NCBI GenBank assembly: GCA_009602735.1
Contig: WELA01003159.1
Span: 116,134-156,029, forward strand
Reading direction: 5' to 3'
Origin: Mesotaenium endlicherianum
Taxonomy: Eukaryota
DNA: 39,896 nucleotides
Positions 1-11,400 of the stretch are shown here, one piece after another (position 1 is the first letter of the stretch; every line of letters starts with the position of its first letter). The notes under the pieces are model-generated. The model did not search any database, was not told where the DNA came from, and worked only from the letters and a program-made list of their open reading frames with translations. A program made the translations under genes and the position numbers.

Positions 1-323
1 TTTTTTTTTTTTTTTTCAATTCTTAAAAAGTTAACGTGATTGTAGATGAGCCAAATACTCAAGAGAAGACAGCTTTCCCCCCAGCGCTGCGCACCTCCAA
101 TGCAACCCAAACCTCCCTCAGTCATGACACGTGGCGATCTCCAGCCCCTGCAGTACGTCGATGACTGCCAGCTGCCCCCGCCATGCGAAGCATTTCCCGC
201 GCCTGAGGCTTTGCACTTCATTGATTTGTTGCCACCTGGCAGCACTCACTCCCCCGCCACGTCGCAGCATGCAGGGAAGGACAGCGTGCCAGGGATCGCG
301 AGAGCGTGCCAGGTGGCGCGCAC

Positions 324-3300
324 CTGAGGATGGCTTCGCCATTGTGGCCGCCCAGGGCGAAGAGGGCACCGTTCAGTTCCGCCGCCGCAGGTGCAAAGCG
401 CTGCATAGCCCCGCCAGGTGGCGCACAGACAAGCACCCACACCATGCACGCCCGCACCCACGTCAGACACGTCCCCGCAGGAGTGGGCAGATACACGTAG
501 ACTCTCAGACGTGGGGGGCCCACAAGCGGATGATGCCGGAGGTGATGACGTCAACCCATGTCAAACCAGGTCTATCCAGGTCAAACCAGGCCCGATGATA
601 GTAATGGTGATGACGCCAATAACAACAACGTTGCATTCATCTGTGAGTCTGCAAGTTTGCGCCGGCAGATCGGCACCAGAAAAGGAACAGAAGGTCCCTC
701 CCTCAGCTCCAGAAGGCACGAGAGTGAGAGAAGAGGAAGAGGCGGAGGGAGGAAGACACAAAGAGGGATAAAGAGAGGTGGGTGGAGAGGGAGAGAGGGA
801 GAGGTATCAGAGGGAGAAAAAGAGGAAGAGAGAGAGAGAGCGAGAGAGCGATAGAGAGAAGGGGGTGGGGGGGAGCGCACTCACTTGCTCGATCATGGGG
901 GCCACGGGGTGCCACCCGGCCTCGGGGTCATAACAGTCCACGTCCACAAAGTTGCGGACGCCGTCGGTGCCGCCCAGGGCGTAGATCCTGCCGCCCACGC
1001 CAGCGCCAGCGAGGCTGCTGCGCGCGATTGTCATGGGGGCGCCAGGTGTCCACGCGTTGCGCTCCACGCTGTAGATCTCCACTGCAAGAGACCACCCAGT
1101 AAGGCCAGAGGTTCGTAATGAGTGAGTGGAGCCACAGTGGACTAGGTTCGTCCCAGTCACACAGGTGAAACTAGGTCAGCCAAGTGAGACAAGGCCCGCC
1201 AGCAGAGGCCCCGGTGTCGGGTGTAACGGCGTCGCGCAATCTGACAGCGCTTGCACGGGTATATGCAAGGGAGGCGAGGGAGGGGGTTAAGGGGGGTGCA
1301 CTCCGGAACTAATTCGACGAGCACGCGGGGAAGAAGGAAAAGAACAAGCAAGCGCCGCTGCTGTAAGATGCTCGGGGAGCACGTGTCACTCCCTCACAGC
1401 AGCATCGCCAGCTGGGCGGGCTCAGCTGACAGGCTGCGACAAGCATTCCTGTCATGGACTTGCTGGCACTGCTGACAGACGGCCAGCTGGGCGTCGAGCC
1501 GCTGACACGAGGGGAGAGAAGCTCGGACGCTCGGCACTTGCCATCTGGCAGAACACGGATGTAAAGCTGTTTGATAACCACGCGGAGCCTAACCTAAGAC
1601 GGTCTGACAGAGGCATGCGCCGCTTCAAAGCCAGCGCCGGCAACAACGTCCGTGCAGGACACTCATACAGAGAGCACACACACGTACATACATCTTGTTT
1701 GCGTAACATCAGGAGAAAGGGGGGGAGAGAACTGCCATGCCAGCCCCTCCCAGAGTCTCTTGCCTCTGTCTCCATGCAGCACGTGCGCTGTGCATCTCAA
1801 CATCACGCAGCGCCCACCAGCATTAGGAGCTACGCGTGCCCGCAAGGGGTGCAGCACGCCACAGGCGGGGACGAAGAGAACAGAGTGAGGAGACCTTGGG
1901 GCTGGAGACGAGGAGGAAGGAGGAAGAGGAAGATCAAGGGGAGGGAGGACGAGGCAGAGGAAAAGATGGAGGGCGAGAGCAGGCAAGTCGACAAGGAGCG
2001 AGAAAAAGCGCGCCGCCCTCACTGGCAGGCCCACAGCGAGCCAGCCGCACCACGGCTCTTCCTCCCCTGAGGCTTGCAGCCGCCGCCGCGGCCTCTGGCC
2101 ACCTGGCATGCATCGTGACGGCGGCTGGGAGGGCGGCAGGGCCGCTGAGTGAGACCAAGTCACGACTGTGAGAGCAGTGCAAAGGGAGAAGGGGGGGGGA
2201 GGGGATGCTGAAAGGCCAGCAGAAAGAGGTGGCTGGTCGGGCTCCAAGGGCAGCAAGCTGCGTGAGCTGGCAGGCGGGGGTGGTAATGCAAGGGGCAAGA
2301 GAGGAGAGAGGCGGAAGTGATGTTAGTCAGCGCCGCCTTCAAATGATCACTTGCAAAGGCACTGATGGGATATGCCAAAGGGCCAGGGGAAAAAAGGGGC
2401 CCCAAGGCGGAAGGGAGGGGGGGGGGGGAAGGGGGGATCTTGCACTCTCTCTCGCCATTGCTCCTTCTCCCACCCCATCCCTCCCCCCCTCCCCCTCATT
2501 CTCACCCTCTCCTCCTCGCTCTCTCTCTCTCCCTCTCATGACGCACTCACCCGAGCTGAGATCGTTCTTGCCGTCACTCCCTCCGAAGACGAAGGCGTCG
2601 CCCGCCAGCACAGCAGCCGCGGCGTACGAGCGGGGCGCCAGCAAGGCGGCCAGCGGCCGGACCTCGTTGTCGCGCCAGGTGTAAGTGCTCACGGTGCTCA
2701 GCAGCGTCTCCCCGTCGCACCCCCCCATGAAATAGAGCACCGACGCGTCTGCCTTTGGCGCCGTTGCCGCGGGCTGAATTTGGGGGGCGGCCATGGTCGA
2801 CGCTGCCAGCTGGCCCGCAGCGGCAGGGGCGAGGGCTGTGGCAGAGTACTCGTGGACGCCAGCTGGCATTGCCATTGCTGCCTCGCTGGCGTTCACGTGC
2901 ACCATCAGGGCCTCGGTAGCAGTGCCAATGACGGCGGTGGCGGCAGCGGCGACCACCTCGCCCTCAGCAGCGGCTGGAGCGGCGACAGCTGCCACGTTGT
3001 CGTTGCTGCTGGGAAGGTGGGCAGCGAGACCTGACGATTCAAAGTAGTGCTGCTGCGGTTGCAGGTACATCCTCATCTGGCTCAGCTCGCTGCGCAGGGC
3101 TGCCACCTCGTGCTCCAGGAAAGCCTGCAACTTGGCAGCACAAGGGAGAGCACACAGTCAGAGGCGAGCGCTCTAGCAGGGGTGAGCCCCTTGAGGAGAG
3201 CAAAGAGGAATCGGCCAAGGCCCCGCGCAACAGGCACACTTCCCCACCCAAGCGCACACGCGCCCGCATACGCGCATGCACGTACGCGTGCGTGTGCCTG

Positions 3301-5786
3301 CGCGTGGGCGTGTGCATGTGCACGCACGCATGCACGCGTGCGTCTGCGTGGGCGCAGGCGCGCGCGCGCGTGTGCATGGGCACGAGAGCGTGGGCACTGG
3401 TCATTCGAGGCTGCGTGCGTACGCTGAGCATGCAGCGCTCAAGAATCGAGCGAGGGCGCACCTGCCGGTGGGCGAGCGCGCCGTTGTCAATGCGGAGCCT
3501 CTCAAGCTCCTGCATCTGCGAGCGGGCAGCGGCCATGACCTTGCGTGCCTCCACGTTCTCGTGCCGCATCTGCGAGGTCCCCCCCCGCCCCCCCAAATTC
3601 CGGATGCACCGTCAGCATGGACTGCAGCCGTCTGCGTGCATTCGCGCGCGCGTTCTCATGCAAACGCACGCACGCACGCACGCATGCTCGACACAATCTT
3701 CCTCTCACTTAATGAGCACCGAGCACACGCGCACAAATGAACAACACTGCAAGTGTACAGACGTAGCCAGTGGGCCCCGAAGACACGAGCTCAGCATTTA
3801 CGAGAGGGGGTGTGCTGCTTTGTATGAGCTGCCGCGGAGAAAGCCTCGCCGCAACTGCGAGTGCAGTGAGAGAGCGTGACTAACAAGTAACTAGCCAGCA
3901 CGTCTCCCCACACCCCCAACGAGTGAAGCGGGCACCAAGCTTGCATTGGGGCCTTCCCTGGAGCAGCAGGAGCAGCGCATGCAGCCCGCGGGCTCTCTGT
4001 GCCCCGCTGGCTCGCAGCCCCTCGTCGAGAGAGCTGCTCTCCTCCGATGCGCGGAAAGCATGTCAGAGGAAAGAGAGAGGGGTAGAGAAAGAGGGAGAGG
4101 GGGGGGGGGNNNNNNNNNNNNNNNNNNNNNNNNGGGGGGGGGGGGGGGGGGGCAAGGAGCGAGCGTGTGGACGCGCCTGAGCGATGGCGGCAGCGCAGAG
4201 CTCCACGTGGCGCTGGATGTGTTGCGCCACGCGCGCGTCCATGCCGCCCAGCACCTCCGCCATCTGCAGCCGCCCCTCCTGCAGCGCCTCCACCTCCCAC
4301 TCCGGGCGCTGAGATCCCGCCAATCCTGGCCTTCCAGCTGTCTCCGGGTATTGGCCTTCCAGCTGGGGCGCAGCCAACCCCGCGCTGCTGCCAAACGAGT
4401 CAGGGCCCTGAGATTTGGTGGATCCTGGCCGCCCGCCAGCGGCGCCGGCCTGCAAGCCAGCCTCTCTGCTTCTCTGACCCTGGCCCTGCTGCACGCCCGG
4501 CGGCACTCTCTGCCCATTCTGCCCGTCCAGCGCATTCGGCCCACTCAGCGCAATCGGCTCGTTAGGCACGCTCCCGTGCGCATCCCGTGCGGCGGCGGCG
4601 GCGGGGGGGGCGGCAGCTTTCGGCGGCGGAGGGGGCTCCGCTCGCGCCCTTGAAGGGTCCAGCCTTGCCAGGCGCTGCTGCAGCAACTGCCTCCGCGTGC
4701 CGTGCCTGCTCCTCCTCCCCCTCCATCGGCGCCACCGTCGCTGTCACGCGAGCGTTCGCCTCCGCCCTCCCCCTCGCCAACTGCTGCTGCGCGCTCGCGA
4801 CCTCCCCACCCTGGACGCTCCTGGAGGCGCCGCCAGCTGGCGTTGACTGGTGGGCCTCCCCCCCGCCCTTGCCACCAGCAGGACCCAACAAGTCGGGCCA
4901 CTGGGAGTGCTCAGCAGGAGGAGCCCGCACGGGTTGCACCTCCGCATCCCCTCCCTTGGCATGCCCGGCAAATCCCCCCCTCACTCCCCCCTGGGCCCCG
5001 GTAATCGGCAGCTGCTTGGCCACGTGCCCTTGTCCCCCTGCTGCCTTGAACCCTTGCGCACCGTAGCCCCTGCCCCGGCCGTTTGCCAGGAGGCTGTCGC
5101 CTTCTCCACCGCGGCTGCTGCTGCTGCCGGCGGCACCCCCTCCCCACGTTGACCCCCTCCCCATGCCTGCGCCTGCGCCTGCGCCAACGCTGTGAGCATT
5201 CGCACCCGCTGGTGGTCCTCCTGCTGCGCTGGCCCCTGCGGCTCCCCTCTTGGGAGCCGGGGTGTAGGTCATAGAGGGCGCGTACAAGCTGGAGGCGGCG
5301 CTGCCAGCGCTGCCGGCCGCTGAGCTGGCAGCACCGCCCCTCCCCGCCGCACCTGGCGCGTGGGCATGCGGGGGCGACAGCGGAGTGGCGGTGCCCCACC
5401 CATCGGGACCAATGGGACCAACGCTCCTACCGGCCGATGCCTGTGGCTGCACCTGGGCCTGCGCCCCCCAAGCAGGCGCGATGGGCCCTCCTGAGGAGGA
5501 GGATTTATCGAGGGCTTGAGGCGGAGTCCGGGGAGCGATTGCCTTTGCCCCCCCTCCGCTCCCATTGGGGGGCCCGCCGGAGGTGGCCGGGAGGGATCCC
5601 CCCCCAATGAAGAGGCTGAGGAGGCTGTTGACCTGCGCTTGGTCGAGCTCGAACATGAAGTGGGAGTTGCTGTAGTAGTTTTGCGCGATGGCGCGCTGGA
5701 ACATACTCTCGGGCAGCGGCTGGCACTGCTGCTTCACGCGCACGCGCACCTGCCCCCCCTCCAACAGCCACACGCATACAAACACG

Positions 5787-5854
<68 letters not shown>

Positions 5855-6888
5855 CGCGGCGCGCGCAGGCGGCAAGTAAGCGCGCGCGCATTCGGCTTCA
5901 GAGCACTCAACGTGCAGGGGACATCTGCGAGCCCTTCGGCGCCCCAGCATGCATGTGTGCGTAGACAGAGGACGTCTACCTGCACATGTGTACCCAAGCA
6001 CACTGGGCAACGCACGTGGGCATCTGTGCGTGCCTGTGCGTGTACATGTGCGCGCGTGTGTGCTGTGTGTCTCTCTGTGTGTGTGTCTGTGTGTGTGTGT
6101 GAGTTTGTGTGCGTGTGTGCGTATGTGCAGATGTGTGCGTGTACATACGTGCATGTGCATGTGCATGTGTGTGTGTGTGTGTGTGTGTGGGTGTACGCGG
6201 TTTCAAGTGTGCAGTTTACTACCGGTTGCGCTGTGCCTGGTGCTCAGCTGCTCTGCTCCAGGGAGCTGGAGCGAGCATGCGCGCCCTGCAGCAACAGTGA
6301 GGACGGGGAAAAGGGCGGGGGGGAGCCAGTACCTGCGCAGGGTAGTAAGTCTCCTGATTTCCAGAAGCCCAGGCTTTGGGGTCAATGCACTCGTCGCCGT
6401 GGCCGTCAGCTTCGAAGATGCCGTACATCTTGCGGTCGCTGTAGCTGAAGAGGAAGAGGGGCATGCCGTCTACAATGTGCTGCACGTAGGAGATGTGGCG
6501 CTTTGGCAGGCCTGCAATCGAGGCCTTGTCTGATCAGCAGGATTATCACCTAAAGAGGGTCATCTTGCCAGCTGAATGTGGTTATATCATTGGCCCCAGA
6601 GGTGGCACCGGGAGGGTGAGGGACTAGTTTGCTTCCACACCTCTCAGGATCAGCTGACGCCGAGATATAGGGTACAAATTCATGGGGTGTGCAGCAGTTT
6701 GAAAGATCATCGTGGTGTTTCTTTGACTCACCAAATAGTTGGCTCGTCAGGCACTCATTCATTGTCTCTTTTGTAGCACCAAAGATTACTCCACGCAGCA
6801 GATTAGCAGGAAGATTCCTGAAGTGCGGTGCGATTTTACCATTGGTGGTGTCACAGTTATACGTCGAAGTTTTGCGTCCAGCCCCCAT
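324..6888 (-). CDS. DCD (development and cell death) domain + Kelch-repeat protein, multi-exon, 3'-partial
   Basis: Hand-spliced exons (minus strand): 6888-6732 (MGAGRKTSTY...LRGVIFGATKETMNECLTSQLFG), 6511-6333 (LPKRHISYVQHIVDGMPLFLFSYSDRKMYGIFEA...IDPKAW...YPAQ), 5749-4177 (VRVRVKQQCQPLPESMFQRAIAQNYYSNSHFMFELDQAQVNSLLSLF, then a Gly/Ala/Pro linker with a 1-nt frame discrepancy), 3569-3462 (coiled coil), 3124-2551 (LYFMGGCDG...AFVFGGSDG), 1081-885 (RIYALGGTDG...DCYDPEAGW), 400-324 (LFALGGHNG). The first three exons match the plant DCD motif. The later exons carry GG-doublet/Y/W Kelch blades. Intron phases agree at all junctions. Only about 4 blades are present and no stop is reached, so the gene probably continues left of the window. 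Confidence 0.9.
5791..5852. repeat. (CA)n microsatellite, about 31 units, in DCD-Kelch intron 2
   Basis: Perfect CA run read directly. An imperfect (TG)n tract follows in the same intron at about 6030-6190. Confidence 0.97.
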
Positions 6889-8461
6889 GCTGAAGGAGGA
6901 AGGTATGAGGCCCCAATGAATAGCAAGCGACTACTGTGAAGCTCGTACTACGACCATGTTCCGAACGGACACTAGGAAGTTATAGGGATTTTAATCGGAG
7001 AGCGCAAAAGCGAGCCAATAAGTTCATCGACGGTTCAGTAACTTTCAATTGATGCAGTAGTTCCCCAATTGCGTACGAATGAAGGGATGCAGCTAGAATA
7101 GAGCCTCACAAGGAAGTCTCAAGCTCCTCCTAGGAACGAGTATGCACCTAAGAATGTACTATCGTGGCGCTGATCACAAGCTCCTTGTCTTAAAATTGCT
7201 CTGCTATACTGCAAGCTGACTTGAAGCTAGTAATCCGTGCTGCGATTGAGCTTCTTCACAAGCGGAAGTTCAAATTCTGTTTTTGTCGGAGGATGACGAC
7301 TGGAGGAACTCGACGTTTCAAAAACTGCACAATATCGAAAAGGCGCCCTGTAACTCTTGCTCTATTAGCGCACGCTCGCGTACTCGGACAAGCGTTTCTC
7401 GTGACCGGAGGTGACCGGAGGACATGATGGACGCTGTCGCCCCGCGGGGGCCCAGCAGGTCGCCCATCGCGCGCCTGACCCGACAGTGCGCGAGCCATCA
7501 TTAGTGTGTGCGTATATATTTCTATTGCTAAATACGTGAGGCCATCGAACATTTCAAGCCATACAGCTATAGAGCTCATTGGGACCTGCAATGCTGCACA
7601 TGCATTACGATTTGAATTTTTATATAGTTGAGCTCATTTTGGCGCTTTTTGTTTAGGTGCAACGCCGTCCGCTGCGAATCGAAGCGTTTCCTTTTTTCAG
7701 TGCTTTCTTACGGAAGGAAAAGGCGTAGTTCTCTCATTCTCACTATATGATGGCCTTCAAAAATTCCATCTAGTGCCATTTGCGAAAAACTCGTGACCAA
7801 ATTGTTGCAGACGGCGTCTTTTATATAATGCATTGAAGTCGTTGTGTTACTCGCATGCCGAGAATACCTCATTGGCTTGAAGTCGTACAGTGTTCACCCT
7901 TGCCCTTGAAAGGCAGAACTTTGAAGATTCAGGATACAGGCATTTCTTGTTGTCGAGACACAAGATTAATTTGAACTTGGGAACTTATGGTGAGGAGCTC
8001 TTCGATCTGACGCAGAGTGATGCTTCACCAGATAGGCGTGGTTTTATCCCAATTGGGTTGGAGGAAGGAGGGGATAGTGCTTCGGTGTGAGGAGGGGATA
8101 GGGGGTAATAACTCAGTCTTGGCGCAAAGATTACCTACAAGTTTTATTTTGGTAACTTGACGATGTAAAGTCCTTCGTCTTGCAGGATATGAGACACTCT
8201 GTAACAAACATGGGCTCATGCCTGTACATATACTGAACATTGATAGTTGAAGGGACTTCATTGTCCTCTTTGTTTGACCCGGCAATGCAGCAAACTTTCT
8301 ATCTGTACCTTGGCCGTAGTCAGATCCATCAATTCAGCTGCACACATCTAGGCTGCACGAATTTGGCATAAGTATACGCATTCATATAGAGAGCTTGCTT
8401 TTATTTGAGGTATGCAAAGAGGGGAGGGAAGCGGTCATAGTTAGAGCTGCTGCAAGACAAA
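6889..8461. promoter_or_regulatory. Divergent intergenic region: shared promoter/5' UTRs of the DCD-Kelch and coiled-coil genes
   Basis: About 1.57 kb of lower-GC sequence between two head-to-head start codons (6888 minus, 8462 plus), with no credible ORF. Transcription start sites were not located. Confidence 0.55.
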
Positions 8462-11400
8462 ATGGCAGGCGGGAAGAAGGGGAAAAAGGGTGCCCCAAAA
8501 AAGGCTGCCAATGTGGGGGCGGGCACCCCTCCCCGCTCTGACACGCAAAGCAATGGGGAAGCACACCCACCCCACATCGTAGCTGTGCCCTCTCTTGAGG
8601 AGAATTTCCCGTTCGAGTCCAGCAAATCAGCTTCCGCCGCTGGTGATGGGGGCGAGCCTCCACTTCTGGTGCAAACCCAGGGCTCAGAAGAGAAGAAGAT
8701 TGGTACCCAGGACTCCTCTCTTGTAAATAATGATCAGCATATTGCAGCAGCAGAAGGTGCTCCCGCTTCTTCTTCTGCGGGACAACCTAACGAGAACGGG
8801 GGAGGTGAGGAGGACGAGGGGATGAAGAAAGGTGGACCTCTCAACCCGGAGAGCATGGAAGAAGAAGATGAGAGGTCGAAAGAAAAGATGGACTCAACCA
8901 CTGAGGCTCAAACAAAGGGGGAGACGATCGCTGATGCAGCATCCAGCAGGGGAAAAGAGGAGGAAGGAGGAGGTAGAGGAGAAGGAATGACGGACCAGGG
9001 AGAGGGAGAGGGAGGGGGAGAGGCACCGAAGGAGACTCTGGGAGAGACGGGAGGAGCTCCTGGAGCGGCTCCTCAGGCCCTTCGGCAGCGCAAGGATGCA
9101 TCGACACCTGTCGTGGAGAGGGCGAGAGCCGTCGTAAGAGTCGTGCAGCGGGAGCGCGACCGCGCGGTTGCCGAGTCGTCGACTCTGAGGCTGCAGATCC
9201 AAGCGCTGCTCCACTACCTGGAGGAGATGGGCGTGGGAAGGAACGAAGTGGCGGGCCTGCTGGGGGCCGGGGAGGAAGGGGCCTATCCAGAGGGCAATGC
9301 CGGCCAGCTCGAGGCAAGCGGTGGTGGGCCTGGTATGGTCTTGGTGAAGTACGAGAATGGGGATGGGGAAGGGGAGGGCTTGGGACGGCTCGAGGCGAGG
9401 ATACTGGCGGCTGAAGCAAAGGACGACGTGGCCATGGCGCTTGAGCTTGTTGAGAATGAGAACGAGCTCGGCCGCGATGATGCCTCGGGAGGAGGTCGCG
9501 GCGGAGGGGGAGACCAAGGCGGGGGGGATTTGACGGGGGGGGCGTACGGGCACTGGGAGGCGGGTGAGGTGCTCGCGGAGCACGAGCGCCAGCTGGCTGC
9601 GCGGGAGCGGGAGATGGAGGAGCGCTTGGGGCGCGAGCAGGTGGCGCGTGACGTGGAGTGGGCCGAGGAGGAGGTGGAGGTGGAGAAGGAGGTGCACGAG
9701 CTGGTGAGGAAGATGCAGGGGGACCAGGAGACGATGCTGGCGGAGTGGCGCCGCCGGGAGGAGTTCTTTGCTGTCAGGGAGAGCGAGCTGCAGGGGGAGC
9801 TCGAGCGCATGAGGGAGCTCGTCGGGGCCTCGGGCCTGGACCGCCGCCCTCGCCAGGTGGCGGCTGCAGGGAAAAACGGGGAGGTGGCAGGGGAGACGGA
9901 GGGGGGGCACGGTCGCAGGGCCGTGGGGGGACGGGAGGACGAGGTGAGCGGGCTGAGGCAGCAGGTGGCGGCGCTGCAGTCGCAAGTGGCCAAGCTCGTC
10001 GAAGAGGGCACCAAGAGGGGAGGTGCCTTCAAGAGCCGGGTGGCGGAGCTGGAGGCCACGCTGAGCGAGCGGGAGAGCGAGCGGAGGGCCTGGGAGACGG
10101 AGCTCCAGAGGCTAAAGAGGGAGGCTACCCTTCTCCGCGCCCGGCCGCAGGAGGTCAGGGAGGAGGGGGCGGCTTTTGACAGCGTACACAGGGGAAACTC
10201 TGACGCGGCCTCCGAGGGTGGATCGGTAGTTGTCCCGTCACGGAGCTCCCCTGCAGGCCTGCCACGTGCCATGACGGTGGGCAATGAGCCCACGGAAGCA
10301 GCGGTGGGCGAGGCGAAGCAGGGGAGGGTTCAGCTTGCGACGGCTCAGATCGAGGTGCAGCTGCTGAAGGCGGAGGTGGCGTCATGCAAGGCCGACGCGA
10401 AGGACAGGGAGAGGGAGGTGGGCATGCTGAGAGACGCGCTCAACCTGAAGGAGGTGGAGGCGGAGAAGCTGCGGGAGGAGGTGAGGGCCAAGGGCTCGGA
10501 GGCGTGGCAGCTCCTGCGGGAGATGGAGGTCAAGGAAGTCATGATGGAGACGCTTAACGGGCAGCTGAAGGAGAAGGAGCAGGAGCTCGAGAACATGGAG
10601 GCCGACGCGGCGGTGGCCGAGAGGCAGGGGGAGATACTGGCCAAGGACCTGAGGGAGCGCGAGAGGGAGGTGGGGGCGCTGCAGCGCGAGCTTCTGGAGA
10701 AGGAGGAGGTGGTGGAGATGCTGCGGGAGGAGGCGGGCAACATCATGCAGGACGCGAGCGAGACCGTCGAGCGGCTGAAGGAGGACGCGGAGGAGGGGCA
10801 GGTGGCGATCAAGGAGAGGGAGGCGGCCATGGAGGCGCTCGAGCAGCTCAGGATGGAGTTTGATCTCGTGGAGAAGGAGAGCCGGGAGCTGCGGCGGGAG
10901 CTGGCAGACCGCCAGGCGGCGGCGCAGGAGGCAGCCGAGCGGCAGGCCGCGGAGGCGGAGGAGATCAGGGAGGAGCTGGGGGCGGCCCACGAGGAACTGG
11001 CCGCCATGGAGCGCCAGCTGGCAGAGGCGCAGGGCACCTTGGAGCGCCAGGTGGGTGTCCCGGGTCTGGCATCTGCCCGCGGTGGCTCTCCCAGGAGTCA
11101 CTCGTTGCAGCACATCTCTCTCTGTGTCTAATGAGCCCTTCCGCCCTCGTTTCTCCCCCCCNNNNNNNNNNNNNNNNNNNNNNNNNNNNNNNNNNNNNNN
11201 NNNNNNNNNNNNNNNNNNNNNNNNNNNNNNAGATACCCCCTTCCCTTTCCCCCGCCGCGCCCCCAAAACCCCAAGTCCTAACCCCCTTCTTCCTTTTTCT
11301 ACATTGCATCAGAGGCTGCTCCCAGGTGGGGCTGACGCAGGGGGGCCTTGGTTTCAGGCCTGAGAATTAAGCCATGTGCTGCTCACGCGCTCCGCCTCTT

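Noticed and set aside
1..16. Poly-T run as a possible retrocopy tail
   Set aside because: Truncated at the window edge with no adjacent retroelement features visible.
411..424. CCGCCAGGTGGCGC matches the CTCF consensus
   Set aside because: CTCF is an animal protein and the gene content here is plant-type.
561..590. 10-nt unit x3 (TCAAACCAGG TCTATCCAGG TCAAACCAGG)
   Set aside because: Short intronic minisatellite without spacers; not CRISPR-like and no evident function.
5505..6533. ORFs with VCVCVC or HTHTHT runs that resemble metal-binding proteins
   Set aside because: Translations of intronic CA/TG microsatellites.
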